This document shows, in pieces, positions 1 through 8,886 of a DNA stretch of 64,000 bases. The translations under genes and the position numbers were made by a program. The stretch comes from Candidatus Shapirobacteria bacterium (GTDB taxonomy: Bacteria > Patescibacteriota > Microgenomatia > UBA12405): the NCBI GenBank assembly GCA_041665485.1, contig JBAYIT010000002.1, forward strand, positions 197,867-261,866, read 5' to 3'. The first letter of the stretch is position 1; the number at the start of each line of letters is the position of its first letter. Below the pieces are notes generated by a model that worked only from the letters and a program-made list of their open reading frames with translations, made no database searches and was not told where the DNA came from.

Positions 1-67
1 TAGTGTTTTTTAGTTTAGGTTCCGGAGTTTTCTTTATTAATACAAAGTAGCCGATTAAAAATAACAA

Positions 68-105
68 CAGGATTAAAGCTACTCCAAGCTGGAGTAGCTT
101 TCGTG
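68..105. terminator. Palindromic hairpin (agctactccaagctggagtagct) followed by a T-run; candidate intrinsic terminator at the window edge
   Basis: Perfect inverted repeat with a 3-nt loop followed by ttcgtgttttt on the + strand. Confidence 0.3.
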
Positions 106-146
106 TTTTTAAATTTAAAGGATTCAATTCAATGTCTGTCATATCA

Positions 147-917
147 TTATTGTATATAACCCAATGGATTAACCGCTCTCCAAGTATTTCCATCTTTAAT
201 ACGTATTTCGTAATGTACATGATCGCCGGTTGAAAAGCCGGTATCCCCCATAATTCCGACTGGTGTTCCTGATCTAACCATATTTCCATTTTCAACCAAA
301 GCCAAGCTGAAATGAATGTACTTTACTCTAAACGTATTATTTGTATTTGTTATTTCTACTGTTTCTCCCCCGTAGGTATCAATATAGTGATTAACACTAC
401 CACTAATCGTAGCAAATATAACGACTTTATGCGTTTCTTTATAAGTCAAGCTATTTTCATAATATGCTGAACTAGGAACAAGATCTATCGCTGGATGTTC
501 TTTCCCGTATTGGAGGTAGTAGCCGGGGTCCAAAAAATACGAGGTAATCGTAGTGTAAGACATACCACTACCACCAAAAGGGTTTTTCCTAGGTACTTGA
601 GTGTCTCCAAAACTAGAATCTGATGGAATGTTTGAGTTGTTTGAACCAAACACCGATGTAATGTTAGTTAAGATACTCGATCCTAAAATTACGGGTGACA
701 TAAAAATAGTGCCGATAACAGTAAGCATAAATAAGAAAAAGATAAGCAAAGTAACCAGTAAGGTAGCGATTGGCTTTTTAAACTGGGCTACCAGATCACC
801 GGCTAAAGGAAGTGGAATCAGTAAATTAACGATAAAAGCAATGATCTTATCTATAAAAAATCCAAAGGGATCATCTTTTATTCTATTTAGTTGCAGTGGG
901 AGTTTGGCAACTTTCAT
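147..917 (-). CDS. Membrane-anchored M23 (LytM-type) peptidase; probable cell-wall hydrolase of the adjacent T4SS-like cluster
   Basis: C-terminal GDTGFSTGDHVHYEI motif typical of peptidase M23; N-terminal hydrophobic helices; co-oriented and overlapping with the VirB4-like gene. Confidence 0.7.
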   Translation of the reverse strand: MKVAKLPLQLNRIKDDPFGFFIDKIIAFIVNLLIPLPLAGDLVAQFKKPIATLLVTLLIFFLFMLTVIGTIFMSPVILGSSILTNITSVFGSNNSNIPSDSSFGDTQVPRKNPFGGSGMSYTTITSYFLDPGYYLQYGKEHPAIDLVPSSAYYENSLTYKETHKVVIFATISGSVNHYIDTYGGETVEITNTNNTFRVKYIHFSLALVENGNMVRSGTPVGIMGDTGFSTGDHVHYEIRIKDGNTWRAVNPLGYIQ

Positions 918-3049
918 AACCCATTGTTTCCGCCATTAAATATTAAGGGTTCTTCAAAAGGCAGGACAACAATATTTAACCGGATATGCTCTTCCTCTCT
1001 GAATAAAACCACCTCGCCAATGTTGAGATACCCTAGTTGCTGTTTTTCATCATCAGTCATTGGATATATAGTTCCAATTTCTGAAAGAGCGGCATATGAT
1101 TGCTTAAGAAGAATTTTGGTTTCCGAGTTAGTAATAATTGCTTTACCGTATTCGTTATGTAAAAAGTCCTCCACATCTTGAGTCACAGAAATGACACCAA
1201 TATTGCGCTTCCTTGCTTGTTTGACTAATTCACGATAAAAGACGGCTACTTCTGGATCAATTAATAACTTATGAGCTTCATCAATAAATAATGCTCGTCT
1301 TCTGCCGTTGTGATTATTTACCAAATTCCAAATAAGAGAAGTTAATAAATACATTGCCGGATCTCGTTTTTCATCTTTTTTCAAATCGTGAAGATCAAGC
1401 ACAATAATGTCATTATCCAGCTCTAATCTTCTGGTTGAATTAAATACACCTCTTAAACTTCCACTGGATAAGACGCTTAAATCTTTTTGCATGGGATGAT
1501 CTCCCAGAAGATCAAGTAAATTTTCGAAGCTTGGGGTTCCGGCATCATATAGTTTAATTAACTTCTCATCAAGCAAAGCACTGTCAAAATGAGCTGGAGG
1601 AATAAAGAACTTGAAGAATGTTTTTAAAGTAGAAATATGATCTAAGATATCGTTTTCTTTTGAGCTATTAATATAAAAAGGATTGATGCCATTTTCTCTT
1701 GAAAACTGAATAACTTCACCGCCTAGAGCTTTAGCCAAATTTACATATTCCCCCTCAGGATCAATAGCTAGAATTTGAACTCCTCGCATATAAAGCCTAT
1801 TCATTAAAATCTTGGCAGTGACGCTTTTACCCGATCCTGAAACACCGAATATATTAACGTTATTATTTCTTGAGGTAAAAGGATCAATAAAAACTAAAGA
1901 GCTATTGTAGGCGTTTACTCCCATAAATATCCCGTTTGGATCTTGAAGTTGTTTGGAAACAAAAGGCATCAAATAAGAAGTCGCGGTTGATTGCAGAATT
2001 CTGTTTTCTTTTAGATGATCAGTGGCAAAGGGTAAAAAGTTTTTGTAGGCGGTTTTTTGACCGAAACTATAGCGGTTAAAAGTTAGATCCATTGATAAGC
2101 TTAAATCTTGGAGTTGTTTGTGAAGGAGGGATAATTCTTTTTCGTCCTTTGCTTCCAGTTGAAGATACAGTGAATAAATAATTCCTTTTTCTGCTTCATG
2201 AATTAATTCATCTACAAAACTGGATACCTCTTCGATATTTTTATCAATCTGTTGGTCACGGATTTTACCTAGCTTAAGTCGTTCGTTTTGTTGCATTTCC
2301 AAAACTGAAAGACGTTGTTTGGCCTTTTTGAGTAGTTCACTTGAAGGAGAGGGCTCAATAAAAATACTTAAAGTAAATGGAAGTGAAGAAGTCAGCAATC
2401 TAAAAAATATATATGGGCTAAGGTACGCCGGAATATCCGCCAGATAATAAAAGCTTTTTATCCTGTCGCCGGTTTGTACATAAGAATTGGTCTCTTTAAT
2501 ATATTCACTTTTATATGATCGGTTCTGTGTCTTTTCAACCATCAAAGTATCGATGTTTTTTTCTAAGGTCAGATGAAACTCTGATTTTCCGCTCTCTGCG
2601 ACAGCTTGTTTATAATTTTTTAACTCTTTTTGGAAATCTAAGTAATTTTTAATCAATTTAACTGGATTCTTATTTGGCCTAAGAGTAGGTCTGCGAATGT
2701 TGGAAATATCACTACTTAAGAAATTATCTTTTTTTATTATTTCCTCTTGACCGGCGACTATCTCCATTAGCCGTTTAACTTCTTCTTTTAAGGCCTCGGC
2801 AGTTGCATTTTTAGGGATATCGGATTGACCATTAAAAAATTCCTTTTCCGCTATTAGTAACCCTTCATTTTTCCTTTTTATTAGATTGTATTCCTGCTTC
2901 AATTTGGCAAGTTCTTCAATCTCGATATTTTTATCGTAGGAAAGATCGGTAATTTGTTCCTTTAATTTTTGGGTTAAACTAAAATTACGAATATATCTAT
3001 ATGTCCTAATAACTCGTTTATGGAATTTTTTTATCAGATTTGTTTTCAT
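914..3049 (-). CDS. VirB4/TrbE/CagE-family type IV secretion ATPase (C-terminal ATPase portion)
   Basis: Walker A GVSGSGKS followed by IDPEGEY; Walker B FIDEAHKLL; VTQDVEDF motif; size and neighbourhood fit. Confidence 0.75.
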   Translation of the reverse strand: MKTNLIKKFHKRVIRTYRYIRNFSLTQKLKEQITDLSYDKNIEIEELAKLKQEYNLIKRKNEGLLIAEKEFFNGQSDIPKNATAEALKEEVKRLMEIVAGQEEIIKKDNFLSSDISNIRRPTLRPNKNPVKLIKNYLDFQKELKNYKQAVAESGKSEFHLTLEKNIDTLMVEKTQNRSYKSEYIKETNSYVQTGDRIKSFYYLADIPAYLSPYIFFRLLTSSLPFTLSIFIEPSPSSELLKKAKQRLSVLEMQQNERLKLGKIRDQQIDKNIEEVSSFVDELIHEAEKGIIYSLYLQLEAKDEKELSLLHKQLQDLSLSMDLTFNRYSFGQKTAYKNFLPFATDHLKENRILQSTATSYLMPFVSKQLQDPNGIFMGVNAYNSSLVFIDPFTSRNNNVNIFGVSGSGKSVTAKILMNRLYMRGVQILAIDPEGEYVNLAKALGGEVIQFSRENGINPFYINSSKENDILDHISTLKTFFKFFIPPAHFDSALLDEKLIKLYDAGTPSFENLLDLLGDHPMQKDLSVLSSGSLRGVFNSTRRLELDNDIIVLDLHDLKKDEKRDPAMYLLTSLIWNLVNNHNGRRRALFIDEAHKLLIDPEVAVFYRELVKQARKRNIGVISVTQDVEDFLHNEYGKAIITNSETKILLKQSYAALSEIGTIYPMTDDEKQQLGYLNIGEVVLFREEEHIRLNIVVLPFEEPLIFNGGNNGL

Positions 3050-3858
3050 GGTCGTAAGGTAGAACTCATAAAGCGTATTAATTCTTGATTGACTAGTGGT
3101 TTGACCGTTATATTGCAGGCTGATAATGCTCCGGCAAAACTAATGCTTAAGTCGTTTAGCTTTTTAATTGCAATAGTAAACTCCGAAGTTTTTCTGGCAT
3201 TACAGCCCATGGATAACACCGCGTAATGGCGGGTAATAAATAAGGTGTCAGTACTTATGAATTTTGACAAATCATTGATATAACGGGTGATAAGGGATTC
3301 GCGGTTAAGTTTCGCCCCACCATAAAGTGAAAAGAAGTGTTTAGAATAATCCTTAATTTCGGCTTTTTCTTTTCGGACAATCAATTGTACCGGTGCAGGT
3401 AGTATATTTATCGCTTGTTTAAGTCTAATAAAGAAGTTTTCGCGATCTTGTTCGTTTAGCAAAGCTACATCAAATGGTTCAATCGCTAGCATTTTGACAA
3501 TACTGCCGTTTCTGACAATCAGATTATCCTGAATGGTAAAGTCAGTAAAATACGGCTCAATATCTTTGAAGCGTTTTTCTTTTCTTCCAGATTTAAAGGT
3601 AAGCAGGCGTGGTACAACTTTATAAATTGGCTGGTTATCAATATTTTGGGTAATAAAAGCGACAAAAAAGATGGTCGTTACAATCACCGATGAAATGTAA
3701 TAGCTCCACTGAAACAAGTGGAGAATATGGTGAAAAACTAAATATAAAGATATGGCTATGATTACAGTCCCAGCAATCACCAGAACAGAGTCTGTAAAAA
3801 ACAGACTTCGCAGTATATGAACCCTAATATCGTCTTTATATATTCTTACGTTTTTCAT
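3046..3858 (-). CDS. Membrane protein; possible VirB3 / VirB4 N-terminal domain-like component (split VirB4)
   Basis: Two N-terminal TM helices then a soluble domain; stop overlaps the start of the VirB4-like ATPase (atga), suggesting translational coupling. Confidence 0.35.
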   Translation of the reverse strand: MKNVRIYKDDIRVHILRSLFFTDSVLVIAGTVIIAISLYLVFHHILHLFQWSYYISSVIVTTIFFVAFITQNIDNQPIYKVVPRLLTFKSGRKEKRFKDIEPYFTDFTIQDNLIVRNGSIVKMLAIEPFDVALLNEQDRENFFIRLKQAINILPAPVQLIVRKEKAEIKDYSKHFFSLYGGAKLNRESLITRYINDLSKFISTDTLFITRHYAVLSMGCNARKTSEFTIAIKKLNDLSISFAGALSACNITVKPLVNQELIRFMSSTLRP

Positions 3859-5599
3859 AGTTTTTATGAGAATAAATCCTAATTATTGGATCAGTCCCTT
3901 TTTTAGCTTGACGCTCAACTATCACACCCGAAATACCATATGCTTGATTTCTGCTCTTTGCTATTTCCAAGAAATTTTTAACTCGGTGGGGTGGGCTAGC
4001 TTGATTGATAAAGGCATAATTAATTTCTTTACCCTGTCGTTTTGATTCTTCCATCGCATTAAAATTATGAGGGTTAGGGTTGTTTTTGCCAAAACTGGAG
4101 AGATCAATAAACTGCTCGTGATCAAAAGTCACTTTTTGCAGTTTATCTTCTGCTACGCCATCCTGTACTGCCTCTAATCTGGATGGATAGTATGAAACTA
4201 AAGCATTTTTCTTGTCTTCATATTTATACGCATCGCCGCTTACCGAAACTACTCCCTGCTTTGGGTTTTCTGTTTCTATCACAAATCCTTTACCTGTTAA
4301 ATTTTGAGAAAAAGGAGGAACGGTAACTTTTTCTTTACCTTGGGGATTTTGATTGTTACCCTTATTAAAGATGTTTGTTTTCTGATTCGAGTTGGTATTA
4401 TCGGAAGTTGCGGTTTGTTTACTATTATAATCACCACCCGAGTCTCTGTTTTGAAATAACGATCTGGTTTTATGTCCCAATTGACTGCTGATATTTCCAC
4501 CGATAAAGCCTCTGGAGAAATTACTAATGGGTGATGTTACCGCTTTAGATAATCCCCGATACGATATTGCTGCATACATGTTTCCAGACATAGCCGTCCA
4601 AACATCTCCAAACATTTTAGCCACCAGCACATTAACACTACCTAAAAAAAATAGGAAGCCGGTGTAAAAGAAAAGCATACCCACACTTGGACCTTTAGAA
4701 TTTAGAATGCTGGTAAAAATATCAGTAGCAATCGCAAACCCCAAAACAAAGGCAGGTTGCTCGATGAGAAAGGTAAACCACGATTTAAAAAAGGTATGCA
4801 CGATCCCTTCTGTTCGTTCTGACAGGGCAAAAGGGAGAATAATCGGATAAAGCACTCCCAAAAATAATAAAGAGGCGAAGCGAATTACAAACTGAAATCC
4901 TATGTAAATAAAGCCACATAGTAAAAAGACAAAGGTTAAAGCAAAAAGAAGAATTTGGACAATAAACTTACCAAGTGAATGGAAGATTCCACCCCGTAGC
5001 GAGATATCAAATGAGGGGATACCAAAAGTCTCTGACGGATTGTTATTTTCACTTATCGCTTCTTGAGATTTATTAAAGTAGTCATCTAAAAACCCGGTAA
5101 ACTTTTGGGTAGTTGAGATTTTATCAACCAAAAGATTGTTAAACTGGATACTGTAAGAAAGTACTGATGGTACGGTGACAAAAAGAACAATAACTATAAG
5201 TAAACGAACAAAAAAAGATTTTAGTTGTTGAGCATTATCAGAGCCGAGCTTTGTCATGGCAATACCGGCGATGATTATGGCAAGTATTGGGATAGCAATT
5301 TGATAGAACATATCTCTATATTTGGTAACTCCCGGAATTTCAGAGTTATCTTTTAGCTTGATGGTGTTAGCCAGCGGATCGGGAGTATAGAAAATAAAAC
5401 CACCTAAAAAGGAATCAAATCCGGCAATAAAGTTTTTTAGCAGTGAGATTATTGAAGACGGTTCGTTTTGAACAGTAAATTCATTTGTATACTGAATGAC
5501 GGGAGCAGGTGTTGGAGTCGGGGTTTCTTGAGCTAATACAATTTGTGAAGTTAAGAGAAAGGCAATTGTTGTAAAAGCGATTATTAATGCTATTTTCAT
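3836..5599 (-). CDS. Polytopic membrane protein with signal peptide; VirB6/TrbL-like candidate
   Basis: Signal peptide MKIALIIAFTTIAFLLTSQIVLA, PT-rich linker, multiple hydrophobic helices, C-terminal N/Q/S-rich tail; sits between pilin-like and VirB4-like genes. Confidence 0.4.
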   Translation of the reverse strand: MKIALIIAFTTIAFLLTSQIVLAQETPTPTPAPVIQYTNEFTVQNEPSSIISLLKNFIAGFDSFLGGFIFYTPDPLANTIKLKDNSEIPGVTKYRDMFYQIAIPILAIIIAGIAMTKLGSDNAQQLKSFFVRLLIVIVLFVTVPSVLSYSIQFNNLLVDKISTTQKFTGFLDDYFNKSQEAISENNNPSETFGIPSFDISLRGGIFHSLGKFIVQILLFALTFVFLLCGFIYIGFQFVIRFASLLFLGVLYPIILPFALSERTEGIVHTFFKSWFTFLIEQPAFVLGFAIATDIFTSILNSKGPSVGMLFFYTGFLFFLGSVNVLVAKMFGDVWTAMSGNMYAAISYRGLSKAVTSPISNFSRGFIGGNISSQLGHKTRSLFQNRDSGGDYNSKQTATSDNTNSNQKTNIFNKGNNQNPQGKEKVTVPPFSQNLTGKGFVIETENPKQGVVSVSGDAYKYEDKKNALVSYYPSRLEAVQDGVAEDKLQKVTFDHEQFIDLSSFGKNNPNPHNFNAMEESKRQGKEINYAFINQASPPHRVKNFLEIAKSRNQAYGISGVIVERQAKKGTDPIIRIYSHKNYEKRKNI

Positions 5600-5628
5600 A
5601 AGGCGGCAGAATGGACTTATGTTGGTCC

Positions 5629-5958
5629 TTAGTTAGTGCCACCGACAAACTGTTTCAAAATACTGGCCAAACTTGCCGCACCAAAGACTAGAAGACCTCC
5701 AATTAAAATATTAAAGATCCATCCTTTAAGTCGTGATTTTCTTTCGGTATCATCGCCACTGGCAATAAGAGCAATACCGAGTGCAGCAATTGAAAGCGCC
5801 ATAACAGGGAGTGAAAAATATTGAAGTGTTTTAACCACGCCCCATAACAACTGATCAAGACTAGTAAATTGGATGGGTTGAGCTGTATTATAAGCTGTAA
5901 TATCGTTTGCCATATTATTTGTGCGAATTATACTAAATAATATGAGGTATGTCAACAA
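5629..5958 (-). CDS. Small two-helix membrane protein; VirB2/TrbC pilin-like candidate
   Basis: 109 aa with two hydrophobic helices separated by a charged loop (SGDDTERKSRLK); first gene of the co-directional cluster. Confidence 0.4.
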   Translation of the reverse strand: MLTYLILFSIIRTNNMANDITAYNTAQPIQFTSLDQLLWGVVKTLQYFSLPVMALSIAALGIALIASGDDTERKSRLKGWIFNILIGGLLVFGAASLASILKQFVGGTN

Positions 5959-6089
5959 TAAGACCGTAGCGACAATGATTTATGCAATAAACTCCAATGT
6001 TTATGCTTCTTGCAATCAAAATTACTTAAGACTTGGAAGTTATTACTATAAACATAAATGTGCAATAATCGTTTGAATTATCAAGAACT

Positions 6090-8117
6090 TTACTCGTATC
6101 TTAAGGCGTTAAGAGCAGAGATTTTGGTGGCCCGTCTGGCCGGATAAATACCGGTAATAATCCCGACCAAAAGTGAGAGAAAGATGATTACAAAAACAAA
6201 CGATAGTGGTAAATATGAGATATCGACAAACCCAATCCCTTTAAAGATCGAAAAAATGGAAATAACGATTCCGGCAAACTTGCCCAAGATAAATCCTAAA
6301 ATAATTCCCAAAATCCCTCCGAAAAATCCCATAATCATGGATTCTGTTAAAAATAATTCCTGTACCTCAGAAGATTTCATTCCCATTGCTTTCATTAACC
6401 CTACTTCTCGAGTTCGCTCCAGAAGCGATACGGTGAGGGTGTTAAACATGCCCAAAGCGGCTACTGACAAAGCTACCATACCCAGAAGCATCAAAAGAGT
6501 TCTGGCTGTCGCAAAAAGCGAGTTAATTTGTTCTACCGTATCGGCAACCGATCTGGTTACGTACCCCATAGCTTCAACTTGTTTTCTGACTTTGGGAAGG
6601 TCTGTCTGGTTATTAACCACTACTTTTACTTGTGAGTAGTTCGTAATTCCCAAAGTGCGAAGGTCAATAAAAGGCACGTAAAAAACCGGTGTTTTTTCCT
6701 CTGGCGTCACTCCAATGATGGTATATTCTGCTGGAGCCGATTCAATTTTTTGGGTGGGATCAGTCAGAAGATCGCCAACAACAACAAACGAAGCCGTAAA
6801 CTTTTTCCCGACTGCTTCACTTTCTTTTATCCCAAGAACCGATAACATGGCACGGTTGACCACCGCTTGCTTTCTTGCTTCAGCAGCTAATTCAATTGTT
6901 TTTGTTTCCGGGGTTGCAATAACGCCGGCTTCAGAGGCAATTTCTACCCAACCAACCATATCGTCAACTTTTTTACCTGAAGCAGTTGAGTTATTAGTCG
7001 TTACACCTAAAACCTGTGGTTCAGTCACATTTACACCAGAGATTTTTATATTTATCTCGGCAAAAAAGCCGGTCTTTTGCACCTGCTTATTATCCTCATC
7101 CCGTAAAACAACATATTTTCCCTCCTCACAATCTCCTTGTGTTTCTGAATCACATTTTTCCTCTTTCCAAAGAAGCACTGGCGCTTTGATCCATTTCCCC
7201 AATGATGATCCTTCTTCTGTATTGCCGAATTCACCTGCGCCGTAGTCTGATAAATAACTGTCACCCCAAACTTCTTCGCCCGCAGACGTTCCTTCAACAC
7301 GCTTGGTATACCCTAAAACCTTAGCGGTAGTTGATGGGTTTTCCCGCACCCTAATCCAGGAAGAAGCATCTACAGCATAGTCTAATTTCTGTATTGACTC
7401 ACCTTGTTTACCAATCCGGTTTTCCGTTGTTGCACCGGCCACCTGCCCGGTCTTTTCCAATAATTCTGCCGTCAGCTCATTGCTGTCAAAGATTTTTCCC
7501 TCAACTGGCTTGATGGCTGATTGTTGGAGGTAGTCGGTCGTCACTCCGTAAACTGCCATATCGGACTGCGAATTTTGATAGTTGACTCGGCCAACAACGG
7601 CAATCAAGGGTAGTGCCATGTTAATCGCCGATATATCTTTAAAGTTGGAAAGAGTTTTGTCGTCAATTTTTATTTTTCCTCCCGATTGAGTGGTTATATC
7701 GGCTTGTCTCATCTCCTCAAGTCGGGCCACCCGGGTAATCACCAGTTGTTGCAAACCATAACCAATGGATACCAAAAACACAATCGCTCCAATGCCAATC
7801 ATCATCCCGCCGATAGTAACTATAGTTCTCGTTTTTTTGGATTTCATATTTCGAACCGAAAGTTCAATCAGGTCAACTCTTGAAATCGTGTTGCTGCGAT
7901 GTTGGTCTAAAAGCTTTGTTGCTTTGACGTAAAATGATAGAAGTGGAGAGGTTAATCGTGCTTTTACGCCTTTGGGAAATAATTTCCAATTAGAAATCGT
8001 AATTATTCCATTTGCGGTCACATAAAGCATGATAAGCAAGGCAAACGTTACCGCATGCCACAAAGCACCGGTAAAGTTTAAAAAACTAAATTTAGATTTT
8101 GATTGGTAATTTTGCAT
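6090..8117 (-). CDS. MacB/FtsX-family ABC transporter permease with large extracytoplasmic domain (SH3b-like insert)
   Basis: N-terminal TM, roughly 400-aa periplasmic domain, C-terminal FtsX-type 3-TM bundle; paralog of 28705..30582. Confidence 0.75.
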   Translation of the reverse strand: MQNYQSKSKFSFLNFTGALWHAVTFALLIMLYVTANGIITISNWKLFPKGVKARLTSPLLSFYVKATKLLDQHRSNTISRVDLIELSVRNMKSKKTRTIVTIGGMMIGIGAIVFLVSIGYGLQQLVITRVARLEEMRQADITTQSGGKIKIDDKTLSNFKDISAINMALPLIAVVGRVNYQNSQSDMAVYGVTTDYLQQSAIKPVEGKIFDSNELTAELLEKTGQVAGATTENRIGKQGESIQKLDYAVDASSWIRVRENPSTTAKVLGYTKRVEGTSAGEEVWGDSYLSDYGAGEFGNTEEGSSLGKWIKAPVLLWKEEKCDSETQGDCEEGKYVVLRDEDNKQVQKTGFFAEINIKISGVNVTEPQVLGVTTNNSTASGKKVDDMVGWVEIASEAGVIATPETKTIELAAEARKQAVVNRAMLSVLGIKESEAVGKKFTASFVVVGDLLTDPTQKIESAPAEYTIIGVTPEEKTPVFYVPFIDLRTLGITNYSQVKVVVNNQTDLPKVRKQVEAMGYVTRSVADTVEQINSLFATARTLLMLLGMVALSVAALGMFNTLTVSLLERTREVGLMKAMGMKSSEVQELFLTESMIMGFFGGILGIILGFILGKFAGIVISIFSIFKGIGFVDISYLPLSFVFVIIFLSLLVGIITGIYPARRATKISALNALRYE

Positions 8118-8125
8118 TGTTATTT

Positions 8126-8884
8126 TTACGCTTGGATTTTTAAATCTTTACCTCGCTTACTTTTAATTTCACTCATTAACTCTTTTTGGTCTTCCTTGTC
8201 ATAGACACCAACAACACTCCCGTTAAACATCTTTACCGCCGTAATGGCATACTTTAAATACTCTAAATCATGGGTGACCATCAAAATGGTTTTTTTGTGT
8301 TCTTTATTTAACTCCGTTAACAGTTTCATTAGTCCTTGTCCTGATTCATAATCCAAGTTTCCGGTTGGTTCATCAGCAATAATTACTTCAGGATTGGTAA
8401 CCAAGGCCCTAGCTAGTGCTACCCGCTGTTGTTGGCCGCTTGATAATTCAGTTGGGATGTACGTTGCCCAATTGATCATTTCCACCGTTTCCAATATAAC
8501 TCGGGCTTTTTCCAAACTATGAAAACGGTCAAGTCCCAAAAGCTGCAGGGGGAAGGCGACGTTTTCGACAACCGTAAGCGACCTAATCCAGTTTGGCTGT
8601 TGATAGACGATGCCGGTATGCTCTTTTCTAAAATCCGACCGGTCATCTTCGGTTAATCCATCGTAGAGATTTTTACCGGAAAAATACACACTTCCCTTAG
8701 TTGGTGCTTCCAGCCCCAGCATGGTATGTAACAGCGTTGACTTACCACAACCGGATGGGCCAAAAATAATGACAAAGTCACCACTTTTAATTTCCAAAGA
8801 AATATCTTTAAGTACCGGTACATCTTGGTCGCCGATATGGAACGACTTGGCCACATTTTGTATTTTAAAAAGATAATCATTCAT
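8126..8884 (-). CDS. ABC transporter ATP-binding protein (MacB/LolD-like)
   Basis: Walker A GPSGCGKST, signature LSGGQQQRVALARAL, Walker B IIADEPTGNLD, H-loop VTHD. Confidence 0.9.
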   Translation of the reverse strand: MNDYLFKIQNVAKSFHIGDQDVPVLKDISLEIKSGDFVIIFGPSGCGKSTLLHTMLGLEAPTKGSVYFSGKNLYDGLTEDDRSDFRKEHTGIVYQQPNWIRSLTVVENVAFPLQLLGLDRFHSLEKARVILETVEMINWATYIPTELSSGQQQRVALARALVTNPEVIIADEPTGNLDYESGQGLMKLLTELNKEHKKTILMVTHDLEYLKYAITAVKMFNGSVVGVYDKEDQKELMSEIKSKRGKDLKIQA

Positions 8885-8886
8885 AG

